Assembly (NCBI GenBank): GCA_017614315.1
Contig: JAGACA010000018.1
Location: forward strand, 11,944-75,943
Length of the DNA stretch: 64,000 nucleotides
Direction of reading: 5' to 3'
Source: Clostridia bacterium
Lineage (GTDB): Bacteria; Bacillota; Clostridia; Christensenellales; CAG-138
Of this stretch, positions 49,267 through 58,345 are shown piece by piece. The notes under the pieces are model-generated. The model worked only from the letters and a program-made list of their open reading frames with translations. It was not told the DNA's origin and made no database searches. The translations under genes were made by a program, and so were the position numbers. Position 1 is the first letter of the stretch. Each line of letters starts with the position of its first letter.

Positions 49267-49803
49267 ATGAAGGACGCTTCCGAAGAAAGGATAATAAAGG
49301 CGGCGGTCCGGCTTATCGCCGAGCGAGGCGTTTACGGCATGAGCCTCGGCGAGGTCGCGGCGCTCGCGTCGGTCTCGAAGGGGAACGTGCAGTACGGGTT
49401 CAAGACCAAGCAGGCGCTTGTCGAAAAGGCCGCGGAGCACTGCATGAAGTCGATAAGCGACGGGCTTTTCGCGTGGGTCGATTCCGTAAGGTCGGCCACT
49501 CCCGGGAGGGAGGCTTTGGGCGCGCTCTCCGACGCCATGCTGGGCGATGGGATATGCCTTCGCGTATTCATCGCGGCGAACGGCTCGGTGGAGCCGGAAA
49601 GCAGGCTCGAGGCGGCGCTCGACAGCGCCATGAACGAGTGGAACGACCTTATCGAGCTCGGCTCGATGAAGCTCGCGCCGAACCTCGCCGCAAGGATGAA
49701 AAGGCTCCTCCCCGCGGTGATACCGTTCCTTGCGGGACTTGCCGCGATGAACGCCGATCCCGATTACGCGAAGGAGGCCTTTGCCGCGTTCATACTCGGC
49801 TGA
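49267..49803 (+). CDS. TetR/AcrR family transcriptional regulator
   Basis: N-terminal HTH ...IIKAAVRLIAERGVYGMSLGEVAALASVSKGNVQYGFKTK. Confidence 0.85.
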   Translation: MKDASEERIIKAAVRLIAERGVYGMSLGEVAALASVSKGNVQYGFKTKQALVEKAAEHCMKSISDGLFAWVDSVRSATPGREALGALSDAMLGDGICLRVFIAANGSVEPESRLEAALDSAMNEWNDLIELGSMKLAPNLAARMKRLLPAVIPFLAGLAAMNADPDYAKEAFAAFILG

Positions 49804-49864
49804 CGGCGCGGATCGATATTTATTGTTTATTGTCGGGACTTGACAAGCGTGGTATAATTTATCT

Positions 49865-50671
49865 ATGACCTCGATAATGAAGAAAACCTTGTTCATATTG
49901 CTGTGCGCCTCGCTCGTGTTCTCCGCGGCCTTCTCGGGCTGCGCGGGAGGCGGGCTTTTCGCGTTCGGCGATCCGACGGAGGCTCCGATAATAATCCCCT
50001 CCGATCCATCCTCGGTGACCGCCGTCCCCACGGACGAGCCCGTCGTGATAGGTTCTCCCGAGCCGACGCCCGAGCCCTCGTACACCCCGGCTCCCACGGA
50101 TACTCCCGAGCCGACAGACACACCCGCGCCGACGGTCGATCCCGCGTTCCCCTATTTCCTGTATCTTGAAAAGGGATCGTTCACGCTGACCATATACGGC
50201 ATCGGCGAGGACGGGCAGTATTCCGTCATAGTCGGCCAGTACCGCGTATCTCACGGCGGCAACCGCACCCCCGTGGGCGAATTCGTGCTGGGCAATCTCC
50301 GCCAGCAGTGGCATCCGTTTGCGAACGGCGACCACGGCTACGCGCAGTACGCCGTGCTCTATAACACCGCGTCCAACCCGAACGGCTATTCCGGCCTGTT
50401 CATCCACGGCCCGATGTACGGCTCCGAGAACCCCAGAAACATGTGGCCGAAATACTACGACGGCGAGAAGTATATAGGCGGTGAGAATACGCAGGGCTGC
50501 ATCCGCATGGTCGTCGAGGCGGCGAAGTTCATATACGACAACTGCCCCAAGGGCACGCGGTTCCTGATCGTCAACGGAAGCCCGCTCGGCACCACATCCC
50601 CCGACGTCCCGTCGAGGAACGGTCTGCGTCAGGATCCGACCGATCCCGCTGTGAACGGCGGCGGCAATTAA
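49865..50671 (+). CDS. L,D-transpeptidase (YkuD domain) lipoprotein with Pro/Thr-rich linker
   Basis: Lipobox AFSGC and catalytic motif ...HG......GENTQGCIRM. Confidence 0.85.
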   Translation: MTSIMKKTLFILLCASLVFSAAFSGCAGGGLFAFGDPTEAPIIIPSDPSSVTAVPTDEPVVIGSPEPTPEPSYTPAPTDTPEPTDTPAPTVDPAFPYFLYLEKGSFTLTIYGIGEDGQYSVIVGQYRVSHGGNRTPVGEFVLGNLRQQWHPFANGDHGYAQYAVLYNTASNPNGYSGLFIHGPMYGSENPRNMWPKYYDGEKYIGGENTQGCIRMVVEAAKFIYDNCPKGTRFLIVNGSPLGTTSPDVPSRNGLRQDPTDPAVNGGGN

Positions 50672-50686
50672 CTTAAAAATTACATA

Positions 50687-50715
50687 TCCGCAGCGCATAC
50701 CCGCTGCGGATTTTC
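50687..50715 (+). terminator. Rho-independent terminator
   Basis: tccgcagcg-catacc-cgctgcgga followed by ttttc. Confidence 0.7.
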
Positions 50716-50802
50716 AGTAAAAGCGTTTATACGTAGCGAACGGACGGCCTTTTCTCCCCGGACCGTGGTGCAGAAAGCTTTTCAAATATACAAATTTTCT
50801 TC

Positions 50803-50831
50803 TTGACATTTGAATATGACTGCTCTATAAT
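50803..50831 (+). promoter_or_regulatory. Consensus sigma-A promoter (TTGACA, 17 nt spacer, TATAAT) for tRNA-Arg
   Basis: TTGACA at 50803-50808 and TATAAT at 50826-50831. Confidence 0.75.
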
Positions 50832-50847
50832 TATCAAGCATCGAAAA

Positions 50848-50924
50848 GCGCCCTTGGCTCAGCTGGATAGAGCGTTTGGCTACGGACCAGAAGGTCGGGG
50901 GTTCGAATCCCTCAGGGCGCGCCA
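50848..50924 (+). tRNA. tRNA-Arg (anticodon ACG), CCA encoded
   Basis: The cloverleaf was folded by hand. The acceptor stem is GCGCCCT/AGGGCGC, the D arm is GCTC-AGCTGGATA-GAGC, the anticodon stem is TTGGC/GACCA with loop CTACGGA, and the T arm is GGGGG-TTCGAAT-CCCTC. Confidence 0.9.
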
Positions 50925-50935
50925 CTTACATACGG

Positions 50936-50970
50936 CCTTTCCTTCTTTTTGAAGGAAGGGCTCTTTTTTT
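50936..50970 (+). terminator. Rho-independent terminator after the tRNA
   Basis: cctttccttc-tttttg-aaggaaggg followed by ctcttttttt. Confidence 0.7.
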
Positions 50971-51115
50971 ATCTTTTCTTGCTCAAAAATTCCGCATATC
51001 CATTGACTTTTTTAACCACCTATTCTACAGGCTCCCATACCACATTTCTTTATCAAATCACCCTCGCATCCTCTGCAAAATGCCTGCTGAAAGCCCGCTT
51101 CAGGCTGCCAAAATT

Positions 51116-51155
51116 ATCACATTTTAGGCCGTTGTACCACATTTTACCACATTTT
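51116..51155 (+). repeat. Three iteron-like A(T/C)CACATTTT decamers (two in tandem)
   Basis: atcacatttt at 51116-51125, then accacatttt at 51136-51145 and again at 51146-51155. Confidence 0.7.
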
Positions 51156-51408
51156 CTTTACAACATAATGAGGATGTCGCCCATTTAACCGCACATAATG
51201 AACGACTGTTTTAATTCGTTCAGCTTCATTTTCGTGCCGCACAAATGCTCTCAATTGGCCCGGAACAGGCGATTTTGTCACTCATTTCGACTGTGTGTTT
51301 TGAGGAGTTTTTCCCCTCAAGCCAGGGCATAAAAATACAACTCAATAAGATTTCAACACGTGGTCTCCAAACATTCATTCGAAAAATATATTTGCCAAAA
51401 ATTTTTTT

Positions 51409-51436
51409 CAGGGGTTACACCCCCCTGTTTTTTTTG
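51409..51436 (+). terminator. Stem-loop with a T-run
   Basis: cagggg-ttacacc-cccctg followed by ttttttttt. Confidence 0.55.
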
Positions 51437-51649
51437 CCATAGAACTATAGAGGGACTTTTTCGGAGGAACCTCGTGCAGCTTGACAACCGAATAGCCAAC
51501 TCGGGCAACAGCATAATGATACTTCCGTCTTGAACGCTTCACAGCATTGGACGGCTCGGCACAGGCATGCGGGGATCTGAAATACGATATGCGTGAGGAC
51601 GACGGCCCGACGAGGCAGGAACAACTTCTACTTAATATGGAGGCACACC

Positions 51650-52474
51650 ATGACCAAAGTAATCGCAATAGCGAACCAAAAAGGTGGTGTCGGAAAGACC
51701 TCCACCACCGTGAACCTCGGTTCCGGACTTGTGAGGCAGGGATATGCGGTACTGGCGATCGACTTCGATCCTCAGGCCAACCTCACAATGGCGCTCGGGT
51801 TCAAGTCCCCGGACGATATGGAATACACGGTCTCAAACGTCCTTGCTAAGGCAATGGATGAAGAGCCGTTCGACCCGTCCGAGGGAATACTCACCACAGC
51901 CGAGGGCGTCGATCTGATGCCTTCGAGCATACAGCTCTCGCGTTTTGAGCTGGCTCTCGTCAATGAGATGAACCGTGAAAGCATGCTGCGTCAATTTGTT
52001 GATGCGGTAAAGCCGGATTACGACTATATTCTCATTGACTGTGCGCCTTCGCTGAACGTGCTCGCGCTCAACGCGCTCACGGCAGCGGACAGCGTACTCA
52101 TACCCACACAGCCGGAGTTCTTCTCAAATGCCGGCTTGCAGATGCTCCTTTCCACCGTTTCAAAGGTCAGGAAGAAGATAAACCCTTCTCTTAATATTGA
52201 AGGCGTACTTGTCACCATGATGGACAAGCGCCCGAACTTCACGAAGGAGCTCGTTTCGCAGCTCCGCGAAGCTTACGGCGGGGCTATCAAGGTATTCGAT
52301 ACTGAGATACCCAAGTCCATCAAGATGACCGAAAGCAACGTGAACGGAAAGAGCGTATTCGGATACAACCCGAAAAACCCGGTGGGGATCGCATACGAAG
52401 CCTTAACTCAGGAGGTGATCGAACATGACAAAGCCCTCGAGCGCAACGGGCGTGACGTTCAGGAAGCTCGATGA
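51650..52474 (+). CDS. parA: ParA/Soj family partition ATPase
   Basis: MTKVIAIANQKGGVGKTSTTVNLG deviant Walker A, plus ...YDYILIDCAPSLN... Confidence 0.9.
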   Translation: MTKVIAIANQKGGVGKTSTTVNLGSGLVRQGYAVLAIDFDPQANLTMALGFKSPDDMEYTVSNVLAKAMDEEPFDPSEGILTTAEGVDLMPSSIQLSRFELALVNEMNRESMLRQFVDAVKPDYDYILIDCAPSLNVLALNALTAADSVLIPTQPEFFSNAGLQMLLSTVSKVRKKINPSLNIEGVLVTMMDKRPNFTKELVSQLREAYGGAIKVFDTEIPKSIKMTESNVNGKSVFGYNPKNPVGIAYEALTQEVIEHDKALERNGRDVQEAR

Positions 52475-53375
52475 TCTCTTCGAGCCAACCGACGGAAGGG
52501 CTGATCTGCCCCAGCTTGCCGAGCTTGAAGTAGACAGTCTCGTTCCCTTCAAGGATCATCCTTTTCGGGAGTACCCCGAGGAAAAGATGCAGGAAATGAT
52601 CGAAAGCGTATCGGAACACGGTGTATTGAGCCCAATACTGGTCCGCCCGCATAAGTCGGGAGAAGGATATGAAATCATCGCAGGGCATAACCGTGTGGAA
52701 GCATGCAGGAGGGCGGGAATAAAAACGATACCTGCCACGATACGCGAATTGGATGACGATACCGCCACGATCGTAATGGTGGACAGCAATCTTCGCCAAA
52801 GGGACAAGCTCCTGCCAAGCGAAAAAGCTAAGGCGTACAAGATGAAACTTGATGCGCTATCTCGAAAACTTGGAAGGCCCTCAAAAAATGTGGGACAAGT
52901 TGTCCCGGATTTTCAGGGCAAGCGTTCAACTGAAATCGTAGGCGAGCAAGCTGGGGACAGTTATAAGCAGGTTCAGCGCTTTATTCGTTTGAATGATCTT
53001 ACGCCCGCGCTGCTCGGTTACGTCGACGACGGTACATTGGCGTTCAACCCCGCAGTTGAAGTCTCATATCTCGATTCCGCGGATCAGGAAGTCGTGTTCG
53101 AGATAATGGAGCGCGATCAGATCTCGCCCTCGCTTTCACAGGCGCAGAAGCTTCATAAGCTGGCGCAGATAGGAAGGATCAGCGAGGAGGCGATCGAAGC
53201 CGTAATGACCGTCGAAAAGCCCATGTACACTACTATCACGCTGAGGCAATCTACCGTTGCAAAGTATTTCCCCGCGGGCACTTCGGGACGAGACATAGAG
53301 AGAACGATCATCCGTTTGCTGGAAGAGTACAAACAAAAACGCGAAAACAAAAAGACCTATCAGGAGGAACGATAA
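52425..53375 (+). CDS. parB: ParB N-terminal-domain (ParB/Spo0J-like) protein
   Basis: ...HPFREY....M.EMIESVSEHGVLSPILVRP...GYEIIAGHNRVEACRRAG. It overlaps the parA end. Confidence 0.85.
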   Translation: MTKPSSATGVTFRKLDDLFEPTDGRADLPQLAELEVDSLVPFKDHPFREYPEEKMQEMIESVSEHGVLSPILVRPHKSGEGYEIIAGHNRVEACRRAGIKTIPATIRELDDDTATIVMVDSNLRQRDKLLPSEKAKAYKMKLDALSRKLGRPSKNVGQVVPDFQGKRSTEIVGEQAGDSYKQVQRFIRLNDLTPALLGYVDDGTLAFNPAVEVSYLDSADQEVVFEIMERDQISPSLSQAQKLHKLAQIGRISEEAIEAVMTVEKPMYTTITLRQSTVAKYFPAGTSGRDIERTIIRLLEEYKQKRENKKTYQEER

Positions 53376-53376
53376 T

Positions 53377-53853
53377 TTGACTCACAACACCGAAATCACG
53401 GAGCCCTGCATCGAAATGTGCGGCGTCTCCGCTCACAGGGGCAGGACAAGCCCCCTCAATCGTATCACAGCCGATCAGTATCTCAAAAAGGCCGATCTTG
53501 TCGGTAAGGACGGCGGCCTCAAATACGACAAGCTCATGCCCATGATCGACGATGCCGCCAATTGCCTGTACGACGGCTGCGTCGTCATCCGCAACAAGTT
53601 TCTCGAGGCTGCAAAGCTCCATGAATACAGGGAGATGTACCGTTTGCTCGTAGCGTCGTATGCATCTATCGACAAGGATGTGCCCTTTTACATCAGGGCT
53701 GTCGCCGGGCTTCACTCCGAAGGCTTCTGGCAGCTTTTTGCCGAACTCACCGCAGACAAGCTCGATCTCATTATCGAGCTTGCGATCGAGGAAGAGCTTG
53801 AGGATGAGGGTGGACTGGAAGATGATGGAGCTGCTGTGGGGATGACGGAATGA
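53377..53853 (+). CDS. Hypothetical element protein with acidic C-terminus
   Basis: The TTG start lies 9 nt after AGGAGG. The gene is tightly packed after parB. Confidence 0.5.
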   Translation: MTHNTEITEPCIEMCGVSAHRGRTSPLNRITADQYLKKADLVGKDGGLKYDKLMPMIDDAANCLYDGCVVIRNKFLEAAKLHEYREMYRLLVASYASIDKDVPFYIRAVAGLHSEGFWQLFAELTADKLDLIIELAIEEELEDEGGLEDDGAAVGMTE

Positions 53854-54056
53854 GCCTTCTCCCAACTCCGCATCTTCAGTACATCGACAGACTCATGAGA
53901 GAAAAACCCAGGTTTTACCGGGATGTACCACGTAAACGTAACAGGTACTGCAAGCGTCGGGATAAGGATCGTCGGGATCCCGGAAGCACTGCCCGCAGCA
54001 TCAAATCATGGCAGGCAAAAGGCGAGCCCGTAACCGACCCTCGCATACACGATTAA
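53850..54056 (+). CDS. Small basic hypothetical protein
   Basis: 68 aa, overlapping the upstream stop codon. Arg/Lys-rich. Confidence 0.35.
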   Translation: MSLLPTPHLQYIDRLMREKPRFYRDVPRKRNRYCKRRDKDRRDPGSTARSIKSWQAKGEPVTDPRIHD

Positions 54057-54137
54057 CCCATAGGATTAACCTCCAGTAAGCTGAGGTTATTCTGAGAGAC
54101 CCAATAACAAAAAACCAATAAACCAAAGGAGAAATGT

Positions 54138-57100
54138 ATGAAGAAATACACCAGTTTCATCGCGCTGCTTCTTGCGGCGCTTTTCTGCGTAAGCCTCATC
54201 CCCATGAGCGCCTTCGCAAATACCGCTACCATTCGTCCCTACTCCGAGGGCACCGTTACGATACAGTCGGAGTATAACAACGCTTTCGACTACCTGGAGT
54301 ATTACTCGAGCGGCACATGGAAGGACCTCAACACTCCGAAGCACTGGATCGTCGAGACCGGCGAGATAGTCTACTGCGTCGAGCACTCCGAGGGCAACCC
54401 CCACGGCAACGGCTACACCGAGGCCTCGCCCTCCTCGCTCTTCGGGGCTATCACGCTCGAGGGCCTGCAGTCGATATTCATGTACGGCTATCCCTGCAAC
54501 CTTCCCGAAGGCTTTACCGAGGACGAAGCGCGTCAGGCGACCGCCAATGCGATCCGCTTCTGGCTCTCCGAGCAGGGTGAGCCCGGCTCCTTCAGCTTCA
54601 CGAACCGCCTTGCTCATCCCGATTGGATACGCGCCAAGTCCGGATATGAGCATGTGCTGACCTGGGCGGACGAGCTCCTCGAGCACGCCAGGAACAGGGA
54701 CACCATCACCCATAACATCACCTTTACTCCCTCCGAGCTTCAGCTTACCAAGAGCGGTTCGTCTTACACGGGCCAGACCCGCGTAACGCTCACCAACATA
54801 AACGGCGGTTATACGCTCAATACCTCCGAGCTTCCCGAAGGAGTAAGCGTTTCCGGTTACACCGGAACGGGTAACGATACGCTGACAATCACTGCGGCTC
54901 AGTCCCTCAACGGATCCTCCTTCGTACTTGCGGCCGAAGGCAGCGACTCCCGCTGTATCTCCAACATGGCGGCATACGTTCCGAACGGCGATGATCTCCA
55001 GAACGTGTTCATGTGCGCCACCACGACTCAGGTCGTTGCGACGGCTTCCGTCTCGGTCAACACCGAAGCGTTCGGCAGCCTCCGTATCGTCAAGAAGGGC
55101 GATGACGGCGCGCTTCTCGGCGGCGTCAAGTTCGGCATCTACTCCGACTTCGCATGTGAAAACCTCATCAAAGAAGTCACCACCCGTTCGAACGGAGTTG
55201 CCACTGCAAACGATCTTCCTGTTGGCGTCGTGTACGTAAGGGAGCTTTCCACCGTTGAGCCCTACTGGATCGACAATACTGTCTATACCGTCGAGATCCC
55301 GCTCAATGATTCTGTTGAGATAGAGATCGAAAACCAGAGCGCAAGGGGCCGCATTCGCATAGAGAAGACCGGCGAGGCGATGACCTCCGTCATAACTACC
55401 GAGACCGAATGGGGCACCGTCAATGCTCCCGCATACAGCGTGGGCGGTCTTGAGGGCGCGATGTTCCAGATACTCGATTCGGGCATGAACATCGTTGCGA
55501 CGCTCACGACCGACGAGTACGGCGTCGCCGAATCCGATTATCTCGATTTCGGAGACTATTACGTGGTCGAGGTCAAAGCGCCTGCAGGCTATATCATCGA
55601 TCCCGACGTCTATCCCGCTACCGTCAGCTATCAGGACGGCGATACTCCCGTCGTTGTCGAGACCGTTGAAGCCTACAACGAGCGTCAGCACGCTTCGATG
55701 AAGCTGCGCAAGATGACCGAGCGCTGGAACAGCAAGACCTTCGAGTTCGAGCCCATCAGCGGCGAGGGCTTCGTCTTCGGGCTCTACACCGCGGAGAACA
55801 TCGGCATCCTGCCCATGGATACTCTCGTCGAGGTGCTCATAACCAGCGACCGCGGCGTCGCTTCCACAACGAACGACCTGCCGGCCGGTCATTATTACCT
55901 CCGCGAGCTTTCGGCCCCCGATGACGCTATTTGGATGATCGAGGATTCCATGCCCGTCGATCTCACGGGAGACACCGAATACATCGAGAATTACTATTAT
56001 TTCTCGAATCCCATCGTGAACGAGATGTTCAAGGGCAATATCAAGGTATGGAAGCTCGATGAAGCCGAGCCCCATGCCGGTCTTCCCGGCGCTGTTTTCG
56101 AAGTTTACGACGATAACGGCGTGGTTTACTGCACCATGACGACGGATGCGACGGGCTGCGCGATGTCCTGTTATCTGCCTGTCGGTAATTACCATGTGCG
56201 TGAGATCCACGCTCCCGCAGGTTACGTGATCTCCGATGTGATATTCGACGTAACGATCACCACCGAAGACAAGGAGACCATCGTTCTGGAGTTCTACGAC
56301 CACAAGAACGATTTTACGTTCAATAAGACCGACGTTTCCACCGGTCTTCCCGTTGCAGGCGCAAGGTTCGAGATCTACCGTGCGGACGGCACACTTTACG
56401 CTTCCGTTACCACTGACGAAAACGGCGGCTTCGGTCTTGAAGCCATCCCCGCAGGTCATTACACGATGATCGAGGCAGAGGCTCCCGCGGGATACGCGCT
56501 TTCCCATCAGATCTACAGCTTTGACGTCGACGAACACGGCAATATCACCGGAGACACTTCCGTCACCGATGAGCCCACCGACCTCATCATCGACAAGCTC
56601 AATACCTACACCGGTCAGCCCTTTGCTGGTATCGAGTTCACGCTCCTGAACGCGAACGGTGAGATCGTCAGGACCCGTATGACGGCCAACGGCTGGCGCG
56701 TGCCCGACGATAACGGCGAAGAGAGCTTCTTTACCAACGAGAACGGTCACGTTGAGATCCGCTACCTTCCTGTCGGCGAATACACTCTTCTTGAGAACAC
56801 GCCCACCGGGTATGTCTCCGTTGGCACAGTTGCTGTAACTGTCGCAACCGATAACGGCATCAGCAACCCCGCACACATCACCGTCGAGAATACGCCCACC
56901 GGCCTCATAATCCACAAGATCGATCAGGAGACCGGCAATCCCCTTTCCGGCGCGGGCTTCCGCCTCAAGGTCAAAAACGGCCTCGGCTTTACGACTCTCA
57001 CCTTTGACCGCATGGACGACGGAAGTTACTTCTACAACGTGGACGGCGAGGGCGAGTATACCGACCTCATGGTCAACGGCATGGGCGACCTCGTGATCTA

Positions 57101-57380
57101 CGGTCTACCCGTAGGCTACGTATGGATCGAAGAGACCGTTACCCCCGAAGGTTACTTCCCCATTTCCGCCCAGAAGGTAGAGATCACCAATGAGACCACC
57201 TTTGCTTCTCCCATCGAGTTCGTCATTCGCAACAGCAAGTACGTCAAGCTCGGCCTTGACTCTGACTGGTGGGAGTTCCCTGCCCTTGTAGGCGGTATCA
57301 CCCTCGCTGTCGGCGGCGCAGCGGCATACATCATCATTGCAATGAAGCGTAAGAAGAGCAAGGAACCCGGGGAGGCGTAA
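54138..57380 (+). CDS. Large surface adhesin: signal peptide, putative thioester domain, about six Cna-B/SpaA-type (prealbumin-fold) repeats, C-terminal TM anchor
   Basis: Signal peptide (LLAALFCVSLIPMSAFA). The thioester-like Cys context is GEIVYCVEHSEG, with a downstream ARQATANAIRFW. Repeated G.[LIF].[IV].K.D...G.PL.GA.F.[LI] blocks end in ...LP.G.Y.[LV.]E...P.GY. The tail is ...ALVGGITLAVGGAAAYIIIAMKRKKSK. Confidence 0.8.
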   Translation: MKKYTSFIALLLAALFCVSLIPMSAFANTATIRPYSEGTVTIQSEYNNAFDYLEYYSSGTWKDLNTPKHWIVETGEIVYCVEHSEGNPHGNGYTEASPSSLFGAITLEGLQSIFMYGYPCNLPEGFTEDEARQATANAIRFWLSEQGEPGSFSFTNRLAHPDWIRAKSGYEHVLTWADELLEHARNRDTITHNITFTPSELQLTKSGSSYTGQTRVTLTNINGGYTLNTSELPEGVSVSGYTGTGNDTLTITAAQSLNGSSFVLAAEGSDSRCISNMAAYVPNGDDLQNVFMCATTTQVVATASVSVNTEAFGSLRIVKKGDDGALLGGVKFGIYSDFACENLIKEVTTRSNGVATANDLPVGVVYVRELSTVEPYWIDNTVYTVEIPLNDSVEIEIENQSARGRIRIEKTGEAMTSVITTETEWGTVNAPAYSVGGLEGAMFQILDSGMNIVATLTTDEYGVAESDYLDFGDYYVVEVKAPAGYIIDPDVYPATVSYQDGDTPVVVETVEAYNERQHASMKLRKMTERWNSKTFEFEPISGEGFVFGLYTAENIGILPMDTLVEVLITSDRGVASTTNDLPAGHYYLRELSAPDDAIWMIEDSMPVDLTGDTEYIENYYYFSNPIVNEMFKGNIKVWKLDEAEPHAGLPGAVFEVYDDNGVVYCTMTTDATGCAMSCYLPVGNYHVREIHAPAGYVISDVIFDVTITTEDKETIVLEFYDHKNDFTFNKTDVSTGLPVAGARFEIYRADGTLYASVTTDENGGFGLEAIPAGHYTMIEAEAPAGYALSHQIYSFDVDEHGNITGDTSVTDEPTDLIIDKLNTYTGQPFAGIEFTLLNANGEIVRTRMTANGWRVPDDNGEESFFTNENGHVEIRYLPVGEYTLLENTPTGYVSVGTVAVTVATDNGISNPAHITVENTPTGLIIHKIDQETGNPLSGAGFRLKVKNGLGFTTLTFDRMDDGSYFYNVDGEGEYTDLMVNGMGDLVIYGLPVGYVWIEETVTPEGYFPISAQKVEITNETTFASPIEFVIRNSKYVKLGLDSDWWEFPALVGGITLAVGGAAAYIIIAMKRKKSKEPGEA

Positions 57381-57381
57381 T

Positions 57382-57471
57382 ATGCCCGTAAAGACAATCA
57401 TTGCGATAGCGCTCGTCGTGTTCATGATCGGCGGATTTATCTTCCTTCAGATAAGGAAACGCAAGAAATAA
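57382..57471 (+). CDS. 29-aa single-TM micro-protein
   Basis: MPVKTIIAIALVVFMIGGFIFLQIRKRKK. The ATG lies 2 nt after the adhesin stop, and the GGGGAGG inside the adhesin 3' end can serve as its RBS. Confidence 0.4.
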   Translation: MPVKTIIAIALVVFMIGGFIFLQIRKRKK

Positions 57472-57527
57472 CAAAGAGAATCTTTTGCGGCAGGGGCAAT
57501 TAAGCCCCTGCCGCTGAAAGGAGCAAT

Positions 57528-58241
57528 ATGCAAATAGAAATACTCGAAGCCACCAAGCCCGAGCAACTCTATACCTTCACGCAATCACAGCAGATCGCTT
57601 CGCAGACCGGGTGTTTGGGGCACTTCCGTGCGGACTTCGGTCCCGACGGTGACGAGTTCCATCCCTCCTGGGAGAATCAGCGATCGGATCTCAAGTCCGA
57701 CGCCTTCAAGGAACAGTTCAACGAGATAATCGACGAGCTGCGAAACGGAACGGATAACGGCAAGCTCTTCTCAACGAGGGCCAACCTCGCAAGGTTCTGC
57801 TTCAGGCATCCGACAGCGGCCATTGCGCAAGCGAAGGATTCCACCGCGTACCGCTTTGACGTCGGCGACTACGCCCACCTCATGCGGCTCAATTCCAACC
57901 GCGGTGATTACAACGTCTACATCTACGTTTACGTCGCCGATTGGCTGGATAAGCACATGAAGGAAGCGGAGAAGGGCTTAAAGTTCATCGATTCTCATTA
58001 CAACGAGCTTTTCCGAATGCCCGACGGAGGTCAGGTGCGCTTGACCTACCGTGACGGCAAGAGCGTCGTTCGCACGTGCCGCTACATAGACGATTATCAC
58101 TCGGAGATCGGCAGCAGCCTTTATCATATCTGCGAATTCGCCGAAATGTGCGAACAGTCCGGTATAAAGGTCGAACCCGTAACGCCAATCATACAGTCAA
58201 GGTCGAGAGAAACCGGCGAGATCGGTGGTGAAGAAAGATGA
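57528..58241 (+). CDS. Conjugative-element protein of unknown function (resembles LPD28/YodL-type polyvalent-protein-associated domains)
   Basis: 237 aa. The ...QTGCLGHFRADFGPDGDEF...W... pattern was recalled from ICE-encoded proteins. This family assignment is uncertain. Confidence 0.5.
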   Translation: MQIEILEATKPEQLYTFTQSQQIASQTGCLGHFRADFGPDGDEFHPSWENQRSDLKSDAFKEQFNEIIDELRNGTDNGKLFSTRANLARFCFRHPTAAIAQAKDSTAYRFDVGDYAHLMRLNSNRGDYNVYIYVYVADWLDKHMKEAEKGLKFIDSHYNELFRMPDGGQVRLTYRDGKSVVRTCRYIDDYHSEIGSSLYHICEFAEMCEQSGIKVEPVTPIIQSRSRETGEIGGEER

Positions 58242-58345
58242 GAGTACTTGTAGTGGAACCGTATAAGAAACCATACGAGAAGGAGATCGATCCCGGGCTC
58301 GAAAGCTTGCAGCACGAGGTCGGAGGCGATATTGAAGTCGTTTAA
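58238..58345 (+). pseudogene. Truncated DUF3846-family gene (first ~35 codons only)
   Basis: MRVLVVEPYKKPYEKEIDPGLESLQHEVGGDIEVV then a stop. Full-length family members continue for roughly 70 or more further residues. Confidence 0.6.

Noticed and set aside
51116-51155. The CACATTTT repeats as DnaA boxes
   Set aside because: The repeats resemble TTATCCACA but do not fit the 9-mer consensus (TTATCACA and TTTACCACA). I kept them as generic iteron-like repeats.
50930-51400. Possible integrase pseudogene next to the tRNA
   Set aside because: Hand translation in six frames gave only short ORFs (under 80 aa) without recombinase motifs (no R..H..R..Y pattern or serine-recombinase N-terminus).
54087-56915. 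942-aa minus-strand ORF
   Set aside because: It lies antisense to the 1080-aa adhesin, which has a signal peptide, repeats and an anchor. The minus frame has no start context or domain pattern.
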